Source of the DNA: Planctomycetales bacterium
GTDB lineage: Bacteria; 4484-113
DNA: 11,959 nucleotides
Direction of reading: 5' to 3'
Assembly (NCBI GenBank): GCA_037445915.1
Contig: JBBIJQ010000012.1
Location: 31,818 to 43,776 of the forward strand
The notes beneath the pieces are model-generated. The model did no database searches. It had not been told where the DNA came from and was given only the letters and a program-made list of their open reading frames with translations. Made by a program: the position numbers and the translations under genes. Below are positions 6,628 through 11,959 of this stretch, piece by piece (the stretch's first letter is position 1; every line of letters starts with the position of its first letter).

Positions 6628-8454
6628 TCACATCTCGTCTGGCAGCTCAATGCCGAGTAAGCCACAGCCTGACGCTAGAACCACGCAAAACACCTTCACT
6701 AAGCACTGGCGGAAGCGCCGCTCGGCCTCTTCAGCCTTGAGCACGGGGCACGCTTGATAGAAATCGGTGAAGGCGCGAGTAAGCTCGTAAAGGTAATTCG
6801 CGAGCAGGTTTGGCGAATGTGATTCCTGCGCAAGCCGGGCGCGATCCGGAAACTCCGCGATGACGCGGCAGAGCATAGTTTCCTGCGCGGCTGGCGAATA
6901 CGCGTCCGGCACATCTTCGCCTGTATAGCCAACCAGCAGCTTGCGCGCTCGCGCATATGCATATTGGATGTATGGCCCGGCGTTGCCGTCAAAGGTAAGC
7001 GCCTGCTCCCAATCAAAGACGATGACCTTGGACGGGTCAACTTTAAGGAATGCGTATTTAATTGCGCCCAGAGCGACTATCCCCGCGACTTTCTCGGTTT
7101 CAGCACTGATGCCGCGCTCCGCAGCAAGCTCACGCGCCTGGGCCTTTGCTTCGGCAATGAATGCGTGGTAGGGGATTACCGTCCCCTCGCGGCTGCTCAT
7201 TTTCCCGCCTGCAAGCTGCACCAGCTCGTAGGAGATATGACGGCACTTCGGCGCGGCTGCGAATCCCCATGCCTGAAGTATTTTGAAAACCTGTTTGAAA
7301 TAAAGAACTTGCTCGCTGCCGACAACGTAAAGCGATCGGTCCACAGCATATTCGCGGAACTTCACCTGCGCCAGCGCAAGCTCTTTGGTCTGGTAAAGCG
7401 TAGTGCCGTCGCTGCGGCGGATGACCATTTTCCCCAGCTCCGGCGCGCCAAACCGCGCGAAATCAACGACGGCGGTTCCGACATACTCTCCTTCTGCCGC
7501 AACTTCTGCAACACCTTTAACGAGAAGCTCTTCAACAATTGTTCCTGTAAGCCCTTCAGCCTCGCTCTCAAAGAACTCCACGTCAAAGCAAACACCGAGT
7601 TCCCCATAAACGCGCGCGAATTCCGCCAAGTCTTCGCCTCGCGTATTGCGCCATAGCGTATATGAATCACTTTCCGGGTTGTCCAGGTCTCGTAGGATTT
7701 GGGGAATTCCAGCTTCCGCCTGCATTTTGATCTCAGCTAGGCGGGGCATATCACTATCCGCCGTGAGCAGCCGTTCCACCCGCGCATACACGCTCGCGAT
7801 TTTTGCGCAACCCATCAGCCCTTCGGCCTCTGCGAGAAGCCCCGTGTGCTGCCGCCCCCAGAGCGACTTAGCGACATGTATGCCGTGGTCGCCGTAGTAA
7901 TTGGCGCGGAGCACCTTGAATCCAGCGAACTCGTAGAGGTTCGCGATGGCGTTGCCAAGCAACACGTTGCGCAAGTGGCCGACGTGAAACTCCTTGTGCG
8001 TGTTTGGCTGTGAGAACTCCACCATCACGCGCTCGCCCTTAGCCTCGCCACGCCCGAATCCCGCGCCCGCCTTTTTCACTTCGGCAAGCAGCCCGGCGCA
8101 AGCCTGCTGTGTGTTCAGGTAGAAGTTCAGGTAACCGCCTTCAGCCTCTACGCGCCCTGTGGAGGGCGGCAGCTTCGCAGCCACCTCTCCTGCCAGTTTC
8201 ATCGCTATTTCGCCTGCCAGCGCGCGGCTGCGTTCCTGAAGCGCTTTCTTGGCCGCCTTCTTTCCCAATTCGCCCTCTAGGCGTATTTGCTCGCCTGCCA
8301 ACAGCGCGGCGGCAAGCTCCTGTGGCAGAGTTGACGCATATCCCCATTCACGCGGAGGGGCGATGCGGCGCAACGCAACCGGCAAGCCGGGATAGCCCAG
8401 CTTTGCGGAAGCATCCGCAATTCCTGAGATGAGGCTTTCTTCAAGCGGCCGCAA
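6628..8454 (-). CDS. argS: Arginine--tRNA ligase
   Basis: VMVEFSQPNTHKEFHVGHLRN (HIGH motif), RRSDGTTLYQTKELA, YVVGSEQ, GKMSSREG (KMSKS motif), GPYIQYAYAR, FYQACPVL and C-terminal LLGIELPDEM. The TTG start is tentative. Confidence 0.97.
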   Translation of the reverse strand: MRPLEESLISGIADASAKLGYPGLPVALRRIAPPREWGYASTLPQELAAALLAGEQIRLEGELGKKAAKKALQERSRALAGEIAMKLAGEVAAKLPPSTGRVEAEGGYLNFYLNTQQACAGLLAEVKKAGAGFGRGEAKGERVMVEFSQPNTHKEFHVGHLRNVLLGNAIANLYEFAGFKVLRANYYGDHGIHVAKSLWGRQHTGLLAEAEGLMGCAKIASVYARVERLLTADSDMPRLAEIKMQAEAGIPQILRDLDNPESDSYTLWRNTRGEDLAEFARVYGELGVCFDVEFFESEAEGLTGTIVEELLVKGVAEVAAEGEYVGTAVVDFARFGAPELGKMVIRRSDGTTLYQTKELALAQVKFREYAVDRSLYVVGSEQVLYFKQVFKILQAWGFAAAPKCRHISYELVQLAGGKMSSREGTVIPYHAFIAEAKAQARELAAERGISAETEKVAGIVALGAIKYAFLKVDPSKVIVFDWEQALTFDGNAGPYIQYAYARARKLLVGYTGEDVPDAYSPAAQETMLCRVIAEFPDRARLAQESHSPNLLANYLYELTRAFTDFYQACPVLKAEEAERRFRQCLVKVFCVVLASGCGLLGIELPDEM

Positions 8455-8542
8455 TGCCTAATGATTATTGACGATAACTCCTGTTTTCACAAGGAAATCA
8501 GGCCTAGAGCCTATGAGTAAGTGGGGAATCTAGCCTCGTTTG

Positions 8543-8551
8543 TGCTAGAAT
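8543..8551 (+). promoter_or_regulatory. Putative extended -10 promoter for the primase/helicase-like gene
   Basis: TG-C-TAGAAT (8543-8551) in the 113-bp divergent intergenic region, followed by the SD-like AAGGGG at 8563-8568. No clear -35 element. Confidence 0.55.
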
Positions 8552-8567
8552 CTCCTTATCTTAAGGG

Positions 8568-10850
8568 GTGGCATTAACCTCGGTGAAACCAACTAAATAC
8601 TCACAGGTTTCTATTCAGGCCCTCTTGAAGAAGCTGAACCCACGCCAGGTGTACAGCGTTTTCGGAGTGGACTCCAGCCGGGTGCAGGAAGCGGAAGACG
8701 CATTTCGCATTGACTGCCCCTTCCATCCTACCGCGTCAAACTACTCGCTGGTTACGGAGAAGGACAATACCGCGACCTACTGCCTAGACCTGGGATGCCG
8801 CGCATCACGCCTGAACGAGGGCGGCGGCAACCTCATTGAGTTCTATGCAATGGCGAAGAACCTTCCCTACGACACGGCGCTGGATGAATGGGCGGAACGG
8901 CTCAACATGGCTATGGAATCGCGGGGCGAGGAGGAGCGCGAACATGAGCGCGACATTTCCTACTTCAAGTATGTTGAGATTGGACGTTTCACGCAGGTGG
9001 AAGGCGAAGAGGAAACCTCGCTATCCTTAAAGCCGGCTCACCTGGTCATCGCAGGCGAGGAAGCCATCGGGCGCGGTATTATCATTCCCTTGGCCCAGCT
9101 TCCAGCCGCCTCCATCCAGTACAATTCCGACTTCTACCGCTCGCAGTTCCTTTACGAGCTGACTGACAAGGAAGCCATTGAAGAGGAACACCGCCGTGGC
9201 AGCCTCTATATGCTCGGGAATTACTTCATTATCTTTGAAGCAAAAACGAGCGCTGAGATTGTCCATGCCATCAACCAGGCGATTGAACTCGTGGAACGGC
9301 TGAACAAGGATTTTGAGATACCCTTTGAAGCCATCAACATCTACTACTCTCACAAGTATATAGAAGTTGAGGTTGATTACACAGTCTTCGGCATAATCCC
9401 GCGCAACGACCTAGACCGCGTCTTTGCTGAGATGACCCGCATCCTCATCGCCCACGACTCGCAGGCAGGAGAGCCGTCAACCACTGTCGGCTTCAGCCAG
9501 GTGAAGATTGACGCGTACGCTTATAACTACATGACTGCTGTTCCCGGCACGCGCATCTCCGTCCCCGGCAAAGAGCTATACAAGATACGGCTGCCCTACA
9601 ACCTTTTTAAGAAAACCTCCTACCAGCGCTTGCACGAGCTTTCCCGCCGCAAGCCTGAACTGGGTGAGCGAGGGCTGGCCGAGCGCATATCTCCTGCTGG
9701 CAGGACGCTTTACGAACGGGCGGTGCGCGCGATTGAGGGCGAAGGCAAAGAGGACGAGCACGAGACCATCGCCTCAATGTTCTACCGCGAGTCCGAAACG
9801 AAAACCCTCCCTGCTACCGCTGACCAGCTTGCCAAGACGCTGTTAAAGCGCCTGTTCTCGGAAAACCGACTGATTCTGCGCACGCCCAGCGACCACCTCA
9901 ATCGCGCGCTAGGCGGCGGGTTCTATCCCGGCAATCTATATATGCTAGCAGGCTTTCCCGGCAGCGGGACAACGACCTTCAGCATCTGGCTTCTCTGCAA
10001 GATTGCAGAAGAGCACAAGATTCCCTGCGTCTTCGTGTCGCTGCAAGTGGGCATTGAAGAGGTGTTCAAGCGCGCGCTGGCCATGCTCGGCAACATTGAC
10101 CTTGCGGAGATTTCACAGAAACGGCTGCGCCCCAGCGAGCTGTACTCCGACAGCTCATTCCACAAGCGCGCTTTCGCCGCTTACGAAAAGTTCCAGAAAA
10201 TAACCGAGCATGTCTCCATTATTGAGGGAACTAAGATCGCCAGCATTGAACACCTGCGCAAACTAGCGCTTAAGCTCAAGCAGCAAACGGTGGAGCAAAA
10301 CGGGATATCCAACGTGTTCATTGTCATCGACTCGCTGCAGCTGTTTCTGGCGCATATGAAGGCCGCGAAGGTAACCGATGAGACCTACGACCTAGATATG
10401 CTCACGGCTGTCCTCAAGTCGCTTGCCCGCGAGATGGACATCACCATTTACGCAACCGCTGAGTACTACACCGAGCACAACTCGTTCTACGCCGGCGTTG
10501 ACCCGTCCAATGTTGACTTGAAGGAACTTTACCAAAGCACCCAGTTCGCGGATGCGGTTGCCATCTTGAGCAACCAGGAAACGCGGCTGCACAACCTAAA
10601 GGACTTTTACCGCAGCGCGCTTGCGGGCGGTTACGAAGAAGAGAAGACCGACCGCATCACGAGCAGGCTGGCAGCCGTAGAAGATGCCCTGCGCTCCAGC
10701 GCGGATATGAAATTGCGGAATAGCTGCTTCACCGTCATTGATATCATCAAGAACCGAGGTGGGCTGACTAGCAAGGTGCTCTTTATCTACAACCGCGCAA
10801 ATGCCAACTTTGAGCCGGTGGAATACTGCGACACTGTGAACGGCACCTAG
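8568..10850 (+). CDS. Fusion protein: CHC2-type primase zinc finger + degenerate AEP primase-like domain + degenerate DnaB-like (SF4) helicase domain
   Basis: N-terminal CPFH-x18-C-x4-C...GGNLIEF..AKNLPYDTAL; central INIYYS...VFGIIP..DL...KID....PGT....LYKIRL...SY..LHELS pattern of phage-type AEPs; C-terminal LNRALGGGFYPGNLYMLAGFPGSGTTT, VIDSLQL, LKSLAREMDI, FADAV, IIKNRGG. GTG 8583 is an alternative start. Confidence 0.8.
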   Translation: MALTSVKPTKYSQVSIQALLKKLNPRQVYSVFGVDSSRVQEAEDAFRIDCPFHPTASNYSLVTEKDNTATYCLDLGCRASRLNEGGGNLIEFYAMAKNLPYDTALDEWAERLNMAMESRGEEEREHERDISYFKYVEIGRFTQVEGEEETSLSLKPAHLVIAGEEAIGRGIIIPLAQLPAASIQYNSDFYRSQFLYELTDKEAIEEEHRRGSLYMLGNYFIIFEAKTSAEIVHAINQAIELVERLNKDFEIPFEAINIYYSHKYIEVEVDYTVFGIIPRNDLDRVFAEMTRILIAHDSQAGEPSTTVGFSQVKIDAYAYNYMTAVPGTRISVPGKELYKIRLPYNLFKKTSYQRLHELSRRKPELGERGLAERISPAGRTLYERAVRAIEGEGKEDEHETIASMFYRESETKTLPATADQLAKTLLKRLFSENRLILRTPSDHLNRALGGGFYPGNLYMLAGFPGSGTTTFSIWLLCKIAEEHKIPCVFVSLQVGIEEVFKRALAMLGNIDLAEISQKRLRPSELYSDSSFHKRAFAAYEKFQKITEHVSIIEGTKIASIEHLRKLALKLKQQTVEQNGISNVFIVIDSLQLFLAHMKAAKVTDETYDLDMLTAVLKSLAREMDITIYATAEYYTEHNSFYAGVDPSNVDLKELYQSTQFADAVAILSNQETRLHNLKDFYRSALAGGYEEEKTDRITSRLAAVEDALRSSADMKLRNSCFTVIDIIKNRGGLTSKVLFIYNRANANFEPVEYCDTVNGT

Positions 10851-10856
10851 CTTTGA

Positions 10857-10885
10857 TTGACATCTGCCCTGCGGCTGTCTAAGAT
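10857..10885 (+). promoter_or_regulatory. Sigma70-type promoter of tRNA-Arg
   Basis: TTGACA (10857-10862), 17-bp spacer, TAAGAT (10880-10885), ending 10 nt before the tRNA. Confidence 0.85.
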
Positions 10886-10895
10886 ACTCGTTCGC

Positions 10896-10969
10896 GCGCC
10901 CGTAGCTCAGGGGATTAGAGCGTCTGTCTACGGAACAGAAGGCCGTAGGTTCAAATCCTACCGGGCGTA
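10896..10969 (+). tRNA. tRNA-Arg (anticodon ACG), 3' CCA not encoded
   Basis: Cloverleaf: acceptor GCGCCCG/CGGGCGT, D arm GCTC/GAGC, anticodon arm TCTGT-CTACGGA-ACAGA (ACG 10930-10932), T arm GTAGG-TTCAAAT-CCTAC, discriminator A10969. Confidence 0.97.
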
Positions 10970-10979
10970 TTTTCCTTTC

Positions 10980-10993
10980 GCCGCCGAAGCGGC
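10980..10993. other. Short GC hairpin between the convergent tRNA-Arg and ackA
   Basis: GCCGC-CGAA-GCGGC on the + strand; GCCGC-TTCG-GCGGC (cUUCGg tetraloop) on the - strand right after the ackA stop. No downstream U tract on either strand. Confidence 0.5.
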
Positions 10994-11959
10994 CTACCCT
11001 TCAACCACGCGCTTCGCGTCGCGCGCAATCATAAGCTCTTCGTTCGTTTGGATAACGAATACCTTCACCGGGCTGCCAGGCAGCGTGATGTCGGTATCGG
11101 GGCTCTTGAAGGTCTTGCGGTTTTTCTCCACATCAAGCTTGATGCCCAGGAACTCCAGCTTCGGCAATACCATCTCGCGCAACAAGGGGTCGTTCTCGCC
11201 GATGCCAGCAGTAAACACGACTGCATCAAGCCCGCCGATAGCCGCTGCGTATGCGCCGATGTATTTGCGGATACGGTAAGCGAGCATTTCCATCGCAAGC
11301 TTCGCCATTTCGTCTCCAGCCTCCGCGCGATCTTCAACGTCGCGCATGTCGCTGCATCCCGTCAGCCCTTTGAGGCCGCTGTTACGGAACAGCAAGTCGT
11401 CCATATCGTCGGGCGTCATGTTCAGCTTGCGCATCAGGAACGTGAGGATAGACGGGTCAAGGTCTCCTGAGCGCGTTCCCATCGGGACGCCGCAGACAGT
11501 CCCAAAGCCAAGGGAGGTGTCAATACTGCGCCCGCCGTCAACCGCGCTCAGGCTCGAGCCGTTGCCGAGGTGGCAGGTGACTATCTTGAGGCTTTCCACC
11601 GGCTTGCCCATAAGCTCGGATGCGCGCATTACGACGTATTTATGGCTTAGGCCGTGAAAGCCGTATCGGCGGACAGCGAACTTCTCGTAGTATTCATAAG
11701 GGATGGCATAGAGGTAAGAATACTTCGGCATCGCCGCATGGAACGAAGTGTCAAAGACAGCGACGTTGGGGATGCCGGGCATCTTCGCCATGCAGGCCGT
11801 TATACCTAGCAAATTGGGCGGGTTGTGCAGCGGAGCCATCTCAAAGTGCGCCTTAATCGCCTCAATCACCTCATCATTGACTAGCGCGCTGTCGGTGAAC
11901 GCTTCGCCGCCGTGCACCACTCTGTGCCCGACCGCATTAATGGCGCTGAGGTCTTTGAT
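10994..11959 (-). CDS. ackA: Acetate kinase, 5' truncated by the window
   Basis: The frame is open to the window end (IKDLSAINAVGHRVVHGG). Motifs: APLHNPPN, VAVFDTSFH, RRYGFHGLSH, CHLGNGSS, MGTRSGDLDP, VFTAGIGEN, TNEELMIA. Confidence 0.97.
   Translation of the reverse strand: MKDLSAINAVGHRVVHGGEAFTDSALVNDEVIEAIKAHFEMAPLHNPPNLLGITACMAKMPGIPNVAVFDTSFHAAMPKYSYLYAIPYEYYEKFAVRRYGFHGLSHKYVVMRASELMGKPVESLKIVTCHLGNGSSLSAVDGGRSIDTSLGFGTVCGVPMGTRSGDLDPSILTFLMRKLNMTPDDMDDLLFRNSGLKGLTGCSDMRDVEDRAEAGDEMAKLAMEMLAYRIRKYIGAYAAAIGGLDAVVFTAGIGENDPLLREMVLPKLEFLGIKLDVEKNRKTFKSPDTDITLPGSPVKVFVIQTNEELMIARDAKRVVEG

Noticed and set aside
6627-6665. 13-codon N-terminal extension of the AcsB-like ORF
   Set aside because: It overlaps the conserved argS C-terminus; ATG 6626 directly after the argS stop is more plausible.
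6964-7656. 230-aa antisense ORF inside argS, and the other short overlapping ORFs in the track
   Set aside because: Shadow frames of well-supported genes in GC-rich DNA, with no recognisable motifs or translation signals.
8560-8580. T-box-like AAGGGGTGGCA near argS
   Set aside because: It is on the wrong strand for argS, lacks the ACCGCG half and a terminator, and the intergenic region is too short. It is better explained as the SD and start of the + strand gene.
8568-10850. Calling this the host dnaB or dnaG
   Set aside because: No DnaB N-terminal domain, no TOPRIM motifs, and the catalytic Lys and Glu are substituted.
8455-10993. Prophage or integrative element at tRNA-Arg
   Set aside because: No integrase or phage structural genes, and no duplicated tRNA 3' end seen by eye; housekeeping genes flank both sides.
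10857-11279. 140-aa + strand ORF
   Set aside because: It starts at the TTG of the tRNA -35 box, runs through the tRNA and is antisense to ackA; spurious.
11918-11920. GTG 11920 as the ackA start
   Set aside because: It lies inside the conserved GHRVVHGG motif; the frame stays open to the window edge, so the true start is outside the window.
1-11959. CRISPR array, tandem repeats, IS elements, rRNA or riboswitch
   Set aside because: None seen by eye; the window is almost fully coding and all intergenic gaps are under 200 bp.

Overview
Bacterial chromosomal window with no integrase, transposase or CRISPR array. Gene order: 3' end of a PilC/GspF gene; a large monocistronic type IV pilin/GspG-like gene with its own promoter and terminator; a secreted SpoIVB/S55-family peptidase; a tightly coupled minus-strand operon (argS, acetyl-CoA synthase AcsB-like protein, YbjN/CesT-like protein, carbon-nitrogen hydrolase); a divergently transcribed 760-aa Zn-finger/primase-like/DnaB-like fusion; tRNA-Arg(ACG); and most of ackA, truncated by the window end. 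Two full-length apparent pseudoenzymes stand out. (1) The AcsB homolog keeps all four [4Fe-4S] cysteines but has lost the nickel-binding Cys-Gly-Cys motif, and no Wood-Ljungdahl genes lie near it in this window. (2) The primase-helicase fusion has substitutions at the AEP metal ligands, the Walker A lysine and the catalytic glutamate, but keeps the Zn finger, Walker B and arginine finger. All family assignments come from motifs recognised by eye against remembered reference sequences; no searches were run.
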